A stretch of 64,000 nucleotides of DNA from Azolla caroliniana (lineage: Eukaryota > Plantae > Polypodiophyta). Shown here piece by piece: positions 50,079 to 63,040 of this stretch. Under the pieces are notes generated by a model. The model was given only the letters and a program-made list of their open reading frames with translations, was not told the origin of the DNA and did no database searches. Numbering within the stretch: the stretch's first letter is position 1; each line of letters starts with the position of its first letter. Both the position numbers and the translations under genes were made by a program. Location of the stretch: assembly GCA_043228905.1 (NCBI GenBank), contig JBHGNT010000011.1, forward strand, positions 5,332,001-5,396,000. The letters are read 5' to 3'.

Positions 50079-50616
50079 GTGTAAACAGAATGATGTGGAA
50101 GCTTAATGATAGACAACAAATACAGCCGGCTCAACCGGACAACAAAGAAAGAACAGTAGGTAAACACAGAGATAGATTTACAGTATGCAGAGGAGGGAGA
50201 GACAAAGAGAGTAGAAAACGTAGAGTGCTCAATTCAAGAAAATAATACTGTGTATGTACAATGTGGTCAGTGAGCACTTTTTATAAACACCGGGACATTT
50301 GAAATAGGTAATATGTCGCATTTTTAGAAGTGTTTATCAAGAAATGAGACAAAATAGGTCGATTCACAAAAAAGGGTGCCACATGCGTAAAGGATTTTTA
50401 AAAATGACCCCAAAATATATTGATTTCTAGCATGTACAGAAATTTAGGCGTTCCAAATCATGCCTAAATAATGAACATGCCAAACTTACAAATGAATGTC
50501 CAAAATGACTACCACCTATATTTATAGAAATGTGTGAATATAGATTTTGATGTACAATACAATATTTACTTTCATGTATCAAAAGTATCATTTTCCAAGT
50601 CTATGCCATCATCTTT

Positions 50617-53600
50617 TGTTGAGAGACAAGCTCAACATCGGCTGGATCGGCTGAAGAAGCCGAGGACCGGATCGGTTGGGACCGATCGGTTAGGCCGAAT
50701 GCGTAAACCGGTACGCAGACCGGTGCGTAAACCGGGAGGCCATTAGGAAAGATATTCTGTGATGAATATATTTGGGAGTTAGTGTAGGAGCTCTTAATGA
50801 GCATTGAAGTACTGTCAGTACTTCGGTCAGTCCTTCTAGGACTTGTATAAAAGTGTTCACTGAAGCACGTCTTATGTACAGATCGAGTATTATTGTTGAA
50901 TATAGTTTTTTGTGTTTCTCTCTCTCTCTCTGTCTCTCCTGCGTATATCGTGTAAGCTCAAGCTCCCCATTAAAGCTGAGTTTCCTCCCTTCTGTTCGGT
51001 CTTCATACTTGCTTCCGCACGCTACTTTCTACATGGTATCAGAGCGCGAGGGTTGAGAACCTCTCTGCAGCCGACACAACTTGACGAAGAAGAACAAGAA
51101 GAACGATGGATAGAGGCATGGCGAGCTTGCTTCCAACAGAGAAGCTCGACAGAACCAACTACGCGTCTTGGTCCTACAAGATGCACCAGTACTTGCTCGG
51201 GCATGGCTACTAGAGTTATGTCGAAGGAGCTAATGACGCGGCACTCGAATCGACACACAGAGACTTTCCATCGTGGGAGCAATCGGCGAGCAGGGTATTA
51301 TACTGCTTCGCGTCGTGTGTGGGCGAACAACTATTGAGCTATGTTCGGGATGCAAAGACGCCGAAGGGTGCGTGGGAAAATCTGAAGAAGATTTTCGCCG
51401 CGAGCACCACAGCTAGGAAGCTTCAGTTCCGACAGGGGTTGAGCAACCTACGACAACGCGACTTGTCGGTGGCGAACTATACCTCGAAGATCAAGGATAT
51501 TTGCGACTCCCTTGCCTCCATAGAGGTGAACATCGAGGAGAGCGAGATGGTCCAGATCTGTGTCGGAGGTTTGGCGTCAAAGTTCGGAGCGTTCCGAACG
51601 GCTGTGTGTACCCGGGAGAATACGTCGTCCTTTTTCGACTTACAGTCGATGCTCCTGGTAGAGGAGAACCACGCGGGTGCGTCTACAAGCAAGCACACCG
51701 ACAACAGAATGCTGTACACGGAGGGAGATAGGCCCCGTGGACGTGGAGGACGAGGCGAGTCGGCGCGCAATGGAGGCGGCCAACGAGATCAAGGAAGAAG
51801 GCACCGAAGTGATGCCGACAACAACTCCGGACCCTCCGGAAACAGGGGGAGTCGAAGCGATGAGAACCGGCAAGGGAAGGCCATCGCGGAGTGCTGGTAC
51901 TGTGGCAAGAAAGGCCACAGAGAAAGTGAGTGCTGGAAGAAGCGCGCCGATTCCGAGAGAACCGGTTCCAGACATACCGACAAGGGAAATCGACAGCGAT
52001 CGCACTACGCCAAAGACTCCGGGAGAGCCGGAGAAGGGTCTGCCTTCGTGACGAGACACGAAGCAAACTCAATGAAATAGAGCACCCTGAGATCGGACGA
52101 GGTGTGGTACGTAGACTCCGGCGCGTCAAACCACATGACGAGCCATAAGGAGTGGTTCTCGTACCTTGAAAAACCGATACAACCTGGAGTAGTCGCAACA
52201 GGAGACGACACTTCGCATCCGATCGCGAATGTCGGAGAAGTTCCCCTTAGCCATGTCGGGCAAAAAGGGAAACTCATGAACGTGCTGCACGTTCTGACAA
52301 TCACGAAGAACTTGGTCTCAGTCGAACAGATCGTCGACCAAGGGATGGAGGTTCGGTTTACACACCTCGGGTGCTTCATTGAGGAAGAAGGCCGAGTGAT
52401 TGCGCAAGGGCGCAGAGACAGGAGGATGTTCATCCTCGACTCCACTGACGGCGGCACCGCAATGTTCGCGAAGGGACAAAAATCCGAGTCGGACATCGAC
52501 TTGTGGCACAAGCGAATAGGCCACGTCAACCACCAACGGCTTCAAGATCTGCAATCGAAACAGGTAGTGTTCGGATTGCCCAAATTTAGTGGCCGAAAGG
52601 CACAAATTTGTGAAGCCTGCCAGCTCGGGAAGCAACACCGACTTCCCTTCCCCAACGAGTGAAACCGGAGCCGGAACAAGCTCGACCTTATACACTCCGA
52701 TGTATGGGGGCCGACACAAAACGTTAGTCTTGGCGGGAGCCGATATTTCATCTCCTTCATCGACGACCACACGCGGCACACGTGGATCTACCTCATTGAG
52801 AGGAAGAGCGAAGTCTTCGACTGCTTTCGGGACCTCAAAGGGTTCGTGGAAACGGAAACGGGACGGAAGATCAAGTGCCTACAGTCAGATGGCGGGAAAG
52901 AGTACTTCTCCGGTCAATTCAATGGTTATCTACAACAAATGGGAATTCGGCGCGAATTCAGTTGTAGATACACGCCGGAGCAAAACGGCGTGGGCAATGC
53001 TGGAGGAGAAGAGCTTGCCCAAGTTCTATTGGGCTGAGGCGGTAAGGACCGCGGTATACATCCAGAACCGGATCGGAGACAAAGTGTCGGTGCACGAGCT
53101 ATATTTCGGTACGAAGCCGAACTTGCGACACTTGAGGGTGTTCGGTAGCATTGCGTATGTGCATATACCGAAGGAGAAATGGAGGAAGCTGGACGCAAAG
53201 GCCGAGAAATGCATCTTGGTCGGTTACTCGGACGAGCAGAAGGGTTATAAGTGCTATAACCCTCGCACCAAACAAGCGTGTGTCAGCCGCGACGTTGTGT
53301 TTGACGAGTCCGCGTCCTGGTACCTGCCCCCGACTACGAACCTCGACTCCAATCCGAGCTCTGAAGATGAGGTCAATGAGGCCGAGATGCCTCCAGATGA
53401 GCCCAAAATCGAGACCCGCGAAGAGAGTCCGATTTCACTCCGGTTAAGTGGACCGATTGGACGACTGAGTCGGTACGACCAGTCCGATGAAGAGCCGGCG
53501 AGTAGTGGAGACTCGACCGTGCATTCCCCGCGCAGGAAGCCGAGGAGACGGCTTACGCGCAAAGAGAAAGGGAAGAAGAAGGTGTCGGATTCCCGCACGG

Positions 53601-56307
53601 AAAGGAGCAAGTCAGACCGACACGAGTCCGACTCTGAGGGAACCGGTGACGGGTCTTTAAAGGTGAAGGCCGCGTCGACCGAGAAGGCCTCGACATCGGC
53701 TAACGTGAGATTACGCCGATCTACCCGCCAGAAGAATCATGTTTTGCGGTTCGGATACAACGAGTACATGGCGCATCATTATGCGTACATGACCCATGTA
53801 GCGGAAGTGCGTGAGCCGGAGAGCTACGCAAAAGCGGCGAAGGACGCGAATTGGCGCGCCGCGATGGAGGAAGAGATGCACGCATTGGCGGAGAACGAGA
53901 CTTGGGACTTGGTTGACGCACCGAAGGGTGTGAAGCCGATTGGGTGTAGATGGGTGTACAAAGTCAAGTACAACACTGATGGCTCAGTCAACCGGTACAA
54001 GGCTCGGCTAGTGGCAAAGGGCTACGCGTAGAAACACGACATCGACTACGATGAGACATTTGCACCGGTCGCGAAAATGACGACCGTTTGTGTTTTGCTC
54101 GCAGTAGTCGTGGCCAAGCGGTGGCACCTACATCAAATGGATGTAAAGAATGCGTTCCTGCAAGGTGACCTTGAGGAACAAGTATACATGGTACAACCCC
54201 CCGGATTTCACTCCGGAATGAACTCCTCGGTAGTATGCCGACTGAAGAAGTCCCTTTACGGACTGAAGCAAGCCCCGCGTGCCTGGAACGCGAAGATCAC
54301 GCAACAACTGCGTCGGATGGGCTTCGTCACGTCAAAATCGGACTCTTCCCTGTTCATCCAGAAAGGTCGACTCGAACTTGTTAGTATTCTACTATATGTC
54401 GATGACTTGGTCATCACCGGCGCCGACCTAGGTGAAATTGACCGCGTGAAGCTCCAACTTGCGGCATCGTTCGACATGAAGGATCTGGGGGACCTTCATT
54501 ACTTCCTCGGGATTGAAGTGATCCGTACCCCCGAAGGCATATTGATCAGCCAACGTCATTACGTGCTGAGTATGCTCTTCAAATTCGGGATGGCCGACTG
54601 TAAGTCCGTCTCGACTCCTTTGGACAGAACCGTCAAGCTTCGTCCCGATACGGGAAAGGTATGCGACCCGACGAGGTTCCGACAAATTGTCGGAAGCCTC
54701 ATATACTTGACCATCACCCGACCCGACCTCAGTTATCCGGTCGGGGTGATCAGTTAGTTCATGGCGCGACCTACCGAGGAGCACCTTTAGTGTGCGCAAC
54801 ACGTACTGCGATACGTAAGTGGCACTAAGGATCGCAGACTGCTATATCGGACCGGTGCAGCCGCGCAGTTAGTCGGCTACACCGATACTGATTGGGTTGG
54901 CAACGCCGCCGATCGCCGATCCACGTCCGGATACGCGTTCTCCCTCGGGAGTGCTGCAATCGCGTGGAGCAGTAAGAAGCAGCTGACAGTTGCACTATCG
55001 AGCACCGAAGCTGAGTACCGAGGAGCGGCTGTCGCGACATGCGAAGCCATATGGTTGAAGCGGCTACTTAAGGACCTGCAGGTGAAGGTGTCAGATCCGA
55101 CGACGATCTACTGCGACAACCTCAGCAACATCCAGCTCGCGAAGAACCCCGTTTTCCACGCACGGACCAAGCACATTGAGGTGCACTACCATTTCGTCCG
55201 TGAGCGTGTCCTTTCCGGTGAAGTTGAACTTCAATACGTGCCGACGGATTGGTAGATTGCCGACATCTTCACCAAGCATCTTGGTCTGGACAAGTTGCGG
55301 CAATTCTCAGGTGCGCTCGGGTTGCGTCACCTCGACGTGCCAAACTTGAGGGGGAGAACAGTCCCGAACGACCAAGCAAGGCAGCAGGAAAGGAGCGGAG
55401 ACCGCGACACCGAGTCCGAGTCGGTTGACTCGGTTGTCGAGTTCGACTTCGGATCGGCTGAAGAAGCCGAGGGCGGACCCGCGGAGAAGTACGGAAGCGG
55501 ACAGAAGGGGAGCAGCTGAAGGAGAGAGCCGAAGCCAACTACGCATGGGGGAGATGACGCCATCAAGGGCGAGAAGACCGAAGACGAGTTGGAGTCAGCC
55601 AACTCGGACGAGAGCGAAAACCGATCGGAGGTAGCCGAGTCGGTTCGGATGTTTGATTCAGACACGTTGAATCAACCGAGGCCCAAGCGGAAGAAAAGGC
55701 AGCAGAAGAAGTGTCGACACCGCAACAGCAGAAGAGCTGATAAGGGCCACATGAGCAGACAAGCCGACCGGAAGGGTCGAAGCGCGCGGAGTCGAACAGG
55801 TCGAGGAGCGCGAGCGAGGCGTGAAGCCAGGAGGAACCGGAGCTGTGAGTCCGAGGATCCCGAAGAGCCTCGAGTTGAGCTTGAGGGGGAGTGTTGAGAG
55901 ACAAGCTCAACATCGGCTGGATCGGCTGAAGAAGCCGAGGACCAGATCGGTTGGGACCGATCGGTTAGGCCGAATGCGTAAACCGATACGCAGACCGGTG
56001 GTAAACCGGGAGGCCGTTAGGAAAGATATTCCGTGAGGAATATATTTGGGAGTTAGTGTAGGAGCTCTTAATGAGCATTGAAGTACTGTCAGTACTTCGG
56101 TCATTCCTTTTAGGACTTGTATAAAAGTGTTCACTAAAGCACGTGTTATGTACAGATCGAGTATTATTGTTGAATATAGTTTTTTGTGTTTCTCTCTCTC
56201 TCTCTGTCTCTCTTGCGTATACCGTGTAAGCTCAACCTCCCCATTAAACCTGAGTTTCCTCCCTTCTGTTCGGTCTTCATACTTGCTTCCGCACGCTACT
56301 TTCTACA
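50617..56307 (+). mobile_element. Full-length Ty1/copia element F (same family as D)
   Basis: LTRs 50617-51033 and 55892-56307; PBS 51034-51045; PPT 55881-55891; TSD TCTTT/TCTTC. Confidence 0.95.
51118..55897 (+). pseudogene. Disrupted gag-pol of element F
   Basis: ORF pieces 51319-52080 (gag, CCHC), 52102-52662 (PR), 52589-54031 (IN/RT start), 54077-54757 (RT YVDD), 55055-55255 (RH), 55589-55897 (extension); several premature stops and a deletion at ~52993. Confidence 0.93.
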
Positions 56308-56669
56308 TCTTCAGACCCATCAAATGAACTAGTAGGAGTTTGTGAGGTCTCATCTTCATCATCAGTGGCAACTAATGCATTTTCTTCATCCAATTGCAAT
56401 CCAACCTCACCGTGGTTATGAGTCATGCTTTTGCTTTGTCTTTGTGTTGTTTCTAGAGCTACATTTGGGATATTCTCTTTTAGTATCTTGATTTTGCCAT
56501 TTTCAACGAGAATCCGTTGTAGTGCATCAGATTCTTGTTGAAAGTGTTTTTTATTAAAAAAAACAAATTTTAATTATTATAAAAAAAACTTTCAGCCAAA
56601 GCATTGCATCTGATTTTGTTGTTTTCATTGAGGATCCGATGCAAATGTTTTTTTTATTGTATCCATATC

Positions 56670-59066
56670 AGGTCACTGGGTTCTTATTGCAAGTCGATCA
56701 ATGTAATTTCGTGTTAGCTGATTTCAAGTCCCTCTCGGCTTTGAAGGTTCATCTTCACTCATGGCCTCGTCAAATTTACTCCAATCTGATGTGCCTTCAA
56801 GATTGCCACGCTCCAACATCTTCTTCTTCCCTTTCTCTTTGCGGGTAAGCCTTTTCCTTAACTTCCTCTGTGGGGATTGCACAACCGTGTCCTCGTCGCT
56901 TGCCGGCATGTCAATCGGTTGGCCGTCGTGGTCCAACTCCTCATTCAACCCACTTAGCCGGAATGAAATCAGAATATTTTCTAGAGAGTTGATTTCTTCT
57001 TCTTCCAAGATTATCTCGGCCTCATTGGCCTCATCCTCAGCAATCGGCACAAAGTTGTCAGGAGTCGAGGAAGGAAGGGAATACCAAGTCGCTAATTCGT
57101 CAAAGACTATGTTGTGGCTCACTCGCACTTACTTCATCCGGGGGTTGTAGCACTTGCACCCCTTCTAATCATGCGAGTAGCCGACGAAGATGCACTTCTC
57201 TGCCTTGGCATCCAGATTTTTCCGTTTTTCATCTGGCACATGCACATGCACATGCACATGCAATATTGTTGAATACCCTTAGGTGTTTCATAATCCGATT
57301 CTAAATGTATACTACTGTCTGAACGACTTCAACTTAGTAAAATTTGGGCATGATGCTCTTCTCTTCCAGCATTTCCCGTGATGCTTCCATAATCGATTGA
57401 TTTCTTCTTTCGGCTATGCCATTCTGCTCTTGCGTATATCTACAGGTATTCTCGACGAATTCCCATATGTTGTAGATAACAATTGAACTGGGCGGAAAAG
57501 TATTCATTTCCACCATCCAACCGTAGCGACTTGATTTTCCTCTCTGTTTCCCTTTCCACTAGGCTTTCCAAGTTTTGGAAATAGGAGAAGATGTCACTCT
57601 TCTTCTCTATGAGGTAAATCTAGGTGTGTCTACTTCGATTTCGCTTATTAGGGAAAGGAAGTCTATGATGCTTCCCTAGTTGGCAGGCTTCACAAACTTG
57701 GGCCTTCCGGCCACTGAACTGTTAGGAAACAGGTCCCTCCAGATTGGAAGGAGAACATGAGTTAGAGAGAAGAGTGAGCCAAATCGGTCAACAACAACTT
57801 GGCCGAGGCTAAAAAATCAAATGACTCCCGATTTGGTTGAGGCTAAAAAATCGGGTAATACTCCCCCTACTTATGGAGGGTTCGGAACTGTTGTCGGCAC
57901 TTTCTCTGTGCCTCCGATTCTGCTCTTGTCGGTCGCCTCCATTGTGTGCTAACCCACCTCATCCTCCATGCTTGTGGGGCTGATCTGCCTCTGTGTACAA
58001 TATCCGGTTGTCTGATTGAGTGGTCCTTGACCCCGGATTGGCCCGTACAGTTGTGCTAGACCACCAAGGCAGGCCTGGACCATTTCGGCTTCGTCCACCG
58101 TTATGTTGATGGACCTGGGGCATCACAAATCTCCTTTATCTTGGTGGTGTACTCCGTAACTGACATATCTCTCTATCGAATGTTGTTCAGCTCTTATTGA
58201 ATCTGCAACTTACGGGATGTGGTACTGGCGGCAAAAATCTTTTGGAGATTTTCCCAAGCCTCCTTCGGCGATTTTGCATCTCTAATGTAGCTAGGAAACT
58301 GGTCGTGCACACAGCACGTGAGTCATTACAACACTCTGCTCACTCCTTACTCCTATACCGAGAAGTCCTTGTGTACCAAATCCGGTGCGGCTTCATTCAC
58401 TCCTTCCACGTAACTCCAGTATCCATGCCCCAATAGGTATTGGTGCACTTTATACGACCAGGACGCATAGTTGCTCCAGTTGAGCTTTTTTTCTGGAGGC
58501 GAGCTCGCCATGCTTTTGTCCATACCTTCCTTCCAGTTCTTTACAGGGTGTTAGGGTTTGTTTTCGAAATCATTTGTCGGCTGCGGAGGTTCTCAACCCT
58601 TGCGCTCTAATACCATATCAAAGTAAACACACGGAAGCTTTGGCAAACCGGTTTAACTGGGTAGCAACAGAGAATAAACTCAAGTTTAATGGAAGCTTAG
58701 AATACATAATACACAAGAGTGGGAGAGACAGAGAGAGCAAAACATAAACTTTATTACAAAAATAACAAGACTTTGTACATACAATGTGCTCAGTGAGCAC
58801 TTTTATACAAGTCCTTAAAAAGGAGTGACAGAAGTACTGACAAGTACTTCAATGCTCATACGAGCGATTGACACTAACTATGAGGACCATGATTACCTAG
58901 TAGTCTAGAAGCGTAGGCCTCTAAACGGCCTACCAGTTCATACTAGAGTCCGGCTCTTGGTCCCGGATACTGATCCGGTCCATCCATTCCGGATACTTAT
59001 CCAGACACCGATCCGGCTCAAGCTTGTTCAGCCGATCCGGATCCGGTTGAGCTTGTTCGCTCAATA
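56670..59066 (-). mobile_element. Degraded, 3'-truncated copia element G (D/F family)
   Basis: 5' LTR 58616-59066; PBS TGGTATTAGAGC 58604-58615; gag remnants ~57880-58510; integrase remnants (EQNGIAERRN; VSHNIVFDE; RKRLTRKEKGKKK). Confidence 0.85.
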
Positions 59067-59144
59067 ATCCGTGACATTATCCTCCCCTTTATGGCTGCCT
59101 TTTCGAAAGCACGGTGTAGGGGTAGATTGGAACACCAACGGAAT

Positions 59145-59503
59145 TGGCGACCATGTACAATCCTCATCGGGAACTGGAACACCAACGAGCATGAGCAACC
59201 ATGTGCGGTCCTCACCGGAGACACGAACACAAACGAACATGAGCGACCATATATGGTCCTCACCAGGAACTGGAACACCAATGGGCGTGAGCAACCACGT
59301 GCGGTCCTCACCAGGAACTGGAACCCTAACGAGTGTGAGAAACCATGTGCGGTCCTCACCGGAGACAGGAACACCAATGGGCGTGAGCGACCACGTGTGG
59401 TCCTCATCGGGAACTGGAACACTAAAGGGCGTGAGAGACCACGTGCGGTCCTCACCCGGGACACGAAGACCAACGGGCGTGAGCGACCATGTGCGATCCT
59501 CAC
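59145..59503. repeat. 48-bp tandem array, ~7.5 copies
   Basis: Units start at 59193, 59241, 59289, 59337, 59385, 59433, 59481; consensus GAGCGACCATGTGCGGTCCTCACCGGGAACTGGAACACCAACGGGCGT. Confidence 0.95.
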
Positions 59504-59639
59504 TGTCAGGAGCAGTTCTAAGACAGAGAAGTATTGTGAGGAACAATACTAAAACAGAGAAGGAATAAGTACTAAAAGATGAGGATTAGTACTAAAGGAG
59601 GTGTAGAACTCTCGAGAGAAGGAGAGAGTGAGTGAGTGG

Positions 59640-59672
<33 letters not shown>

Positions 59673-60590
59673 GATAACAAAAGATATATATTATGTTAAG
59701 GGAATATACAATAGTAGCTAGGAGGCTTAAGACTGGCGTTGAACCGATTTGGTTTGAATTAATACCTTGTGCCTCCTTTTATTGTGTTCTCAAGAGTACT
59801 CCTGAAGTTTCTAGAATGTTCTAGGGAAATCTGGAATATACATCAATTTTCTATAGTAAAACCTAAATGAAAATAACATTCTTCGTATTACAACGTATAG
59901 TCTAATGGTCGAGAGCTCAACCCATGTAACATAAGGTCATGGGTTCGAGTCTTGCCATATCATGACACTATTCTCCCTTTAAAACGACGAGTGTCACGAG
60001 TCATTTTGGATTGAGGACCCAGTTTGTCTGGATATTAACAATGGAAGTCTTCAAGAAGAGCATAAGCATTGGTCACATTCTCTATTGGTTCCCAAGTACG
60101 CTGGCTGGGACTATATACTAGCTAATCGACTAAATAGTAGAGCTTGTTGCAAACAATCTTGGAATCGAGGATGGTGGCAATCTTGGAACAATCTTGGAAC
60201 CTTGTACTCATTGAGGACCCGATTTGTCTGGATATTGATGATGGAAGTCTTCAAGAAGAGCACGCGCATTGGTCACATTCTCTATTGGTTCCCAAGTACG
60301 CTCGTTGGGACTATGTCCTAGCCAATCGACTAAATAGTAGAGCTTGTTGCGAACAATCTTGGAATTGAGGATGGCGACAACCTCGTACTCAGGTCCATCT
60401 TCAAGCAGATCGGGGGTGGAGGTTGTTTAATACGACCTGGGATGGTGCTGTCTTGATAGGGTTCTAGGAGAGAACTATGAAACACCGGATGTATCCGAAG
60501 TTGGGGAGGTAGATCAAGATTACTCACCCATGTGAGAAGTTGGATTACCGACGATTAGGTCCTTTCCGTATTATCGGAAAAATTAATGAT
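59504..60590 (-). mobile_element. Chromovirus (gypsy) 3' end: integrase C-terminus, duplicated chromodomain, PPT, 3' LTR (59504-59967)
   Basis: [21 protein letters not shown]; [39 protein letters not shown]; PPT AAAGGGAGAATAG 59980-59968; LTR TGTCA...TGACA. Confidence 0.9.
59892..59956 (+). other. tRNA-like Pol III box A/box B module inside the LTR (antisense to the element); not a canonical tRNA
   Basis: TAGTCTAATGG (59898-59908) and GGTTCGAGTC (59942-59951) at tRNA-like spacing; no clean acceptor or anticodon stems. Confidence 0.6.
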
Positions 60591-62824
60591 TTACCACAGT
60601 TCAGAGGAATAAGATAGTTCGGTAAAACACAGAAAACACAGAGATGGAGATGGAGAGGGAGAGACAAAGAGAGAGAGAGAGCAGACAACATAAACTCAAA
60701 TTCAAAATAATGACTCTCTATATATATACACCGTGCTCAGTGAGCACCTTTTATACAAGCCCTAACAATCAGGCTGACACAAGTATTGACAATACTTGAA
60801 TGCTCATAAATGAGCCTACTACACTAACTCCCAAAATTATTCCTTACAAGGAATACCATACTAACGGCCTTCCGGTTTACACACCGATACGACCACGTTA
60901 TGCGTACTGTTTTACGCACCCAGTCTATGCACTGGGTTATGCACCGTATTACGCACCCAATGTTGAGCTTGTCACTCAACACTCCCCCTCAAGCTCAACT
61001 TGAGGTTTCGTCCGCTCTTCCAGATCTACGCTCCGGTTCCTTCTGGCTTCACGCCTCACTTGCGCTCCATGCCTCGTTCGATTCCGCGTGGTTCGACCCT
61101 TCCGGTCGGCTTGTCTGCTTGTTCGGCCCTTCTCAGCTCCCTTGTTGTCACAGTGTCAGCACGTCCTTCGCCGCCCTTTTCTCCGCATGGCCTTCAGTTG
61201 ATTCGGTGTATCCGAATCTAACATTCCGATTGAATCGAACACTTCTGATTCAATTCCGCTCTCATCCGAATTGGCTGTCTCCGACTCTTTCCTACGATTA
61301 CGGCCCTTGCTTCTTCCTTCGGCTTGTTCAGCGGGTGCGAAATCGAATTCTCCGTTCAATTCCTCATCGTCGTGATGAACACCTCTGCTCCTTTCACGCT
61401 CTTGTTCCTATTCTTCCTTTCTCCTCAAGTTTGGCGTGTTGAGGTGATGCAACCCTAGCTCACCCGAGAAGTGTCGTAACTTGTCGAGACCAAGAGGCTT
61501 GGTGAAGATGTCGGCAACCTGCCGATCCGTCGGAACATACGCTACTTCGACTTCACCTGAAAGGACCCGCTCACGAACAAAATGGTAATGCACCTCAATG
61601 TTCTTGGACCGGGCATGGAACACGAGGTTTTTTGCAAGGTGGATATTGCTTAGGTTGTCGCAATAGATCATTGTCGGATCAGACACCTCTACATGCAGAT
61701 CCTGTAATAGTCATTTTAGCCAAATGACTTCGCATGTAGCGACAGTCATCCCTCGATACTCAACCTCTGTGCACGACAGTGCTACTGTCGGCTGCTTCTT
61801 ACTACTCCACGCAATTGCCGCACTTCCAAGAGAGAAGGCGTATCCGGATGTGGATCTACGATCGTGGGCGTTTCCGGCCCAATCGGCATCCGTGTAGCTG
61901 ACTAACTGTTCGGCTACGCTTGCCCGATAAAACAACACCATGTCTTTCGTACCGCTGACATAACACAGTATCTGTTGCACGCACTGAAAGTGTTCGGCCA
62001 TAGGCTGCAACATGAGATGACTGATTAGGCCGACTGGATAACTAAGATCCGGCCGAGTAATCATCAGATAGATAAGGCTTCCGACAATCTATCGAAACCG
62101 TGTCGGGTCGCACGCCTTCCCCGAATCTTGGCGAAGCTTTGCGTTTCTATCCAGAGAGGTCGAGATGGGCTTACGGTTTGCCATCCCGAACTTGAAGAGC
62201 ATATTCAGCACGTACTGACGTTGGCTGATCAATAGGCCTTCGGGGGTATGGATCACTTCGATCCCGAGGAAGTAATGAAGGTCTTCGAGATCCTTCATTT
62301 CAAACGATGCCGCAAGCTGAGACTTCACGCGGCAGATTTCGTCAAGGTCGGCACCGACGATGACTAAATCTTCAACGTACAAGAGCAGGCTGACCGGTCC
62401 ATATTGACCTTGCCGAACAAATAGAGAGGAGTCTGATTTCGACGGTGCAAACCCCGTCCTACGCAACTGTTGTGTAATCTTTGCGTTCCAAGCTCACGGG
62501 GCTTGCTTTTGTCCGTATAAGGACTTCTTCAATCGGCAAACTGCCGCGGTGTTTTGTTCGGATAGAAATATGGGGGGTTATACCATGTACACCTACTCCT
62601 CAAGATCACCTTGTAGGAGCGCGTTCTTTACATCCATCTGATGTAAGTGCCACCCCTTTGTCGTTGCTATTGCCAGCAGAACACACTCGGTAGTCATCTT
62701 CGCGACAGGCGCGAAGGTCTCGTCGTAGTCCACGCCGTGCTTCTTCGCTTAGCCTTTCACTACTAACCGGGCCTTGTATCGGTTGACTGAGCCGTCAGTG
62801 TTGTACTTGACCTTATACACCCAC
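60591..62824 (-). mobile_element. Copia element H 3' half (RT, RNase H, extension, PPT, 3' LTR to 60981), D/F family
   Basis: WVYKVKYNTDG..; ORFs 62089-62466, 61711-62064 and 61408-61686; PPT 60982-60992; LTR terminus CACTCAACA; cut at 62825. Confidence 0.88.
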
Positions 62825-63005
62825 TGTTACCCCGTACGAGATGTACGGAGAATCAAGTGTGATGATCGAGGGTTGAATGTTATCATGATGTTGTGAGTGA
62901 GTGTCTAGTATGAATGCTCGAGGGGGCCTACACCCCTATGTATCTACCCCCTCCTGTATTATTTAACCCCCTTATGGGGAATGAATGAACATTTTCTCTC
63001 TTACT

Positions 63006-63040
<35 letters not shown>

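Noticed and set aside
59018-59568. Four ~160-aa ORFs on both strands
   Set aside because: Consequence of a stop-poor 48-bp (16-codon) tandem repeat.
59892-59960. Functional tRNA gene
   Set aside because: Promoter boxes are present but acceptor and anticodon stems do not pair; reported as a tRNA-like module instead.
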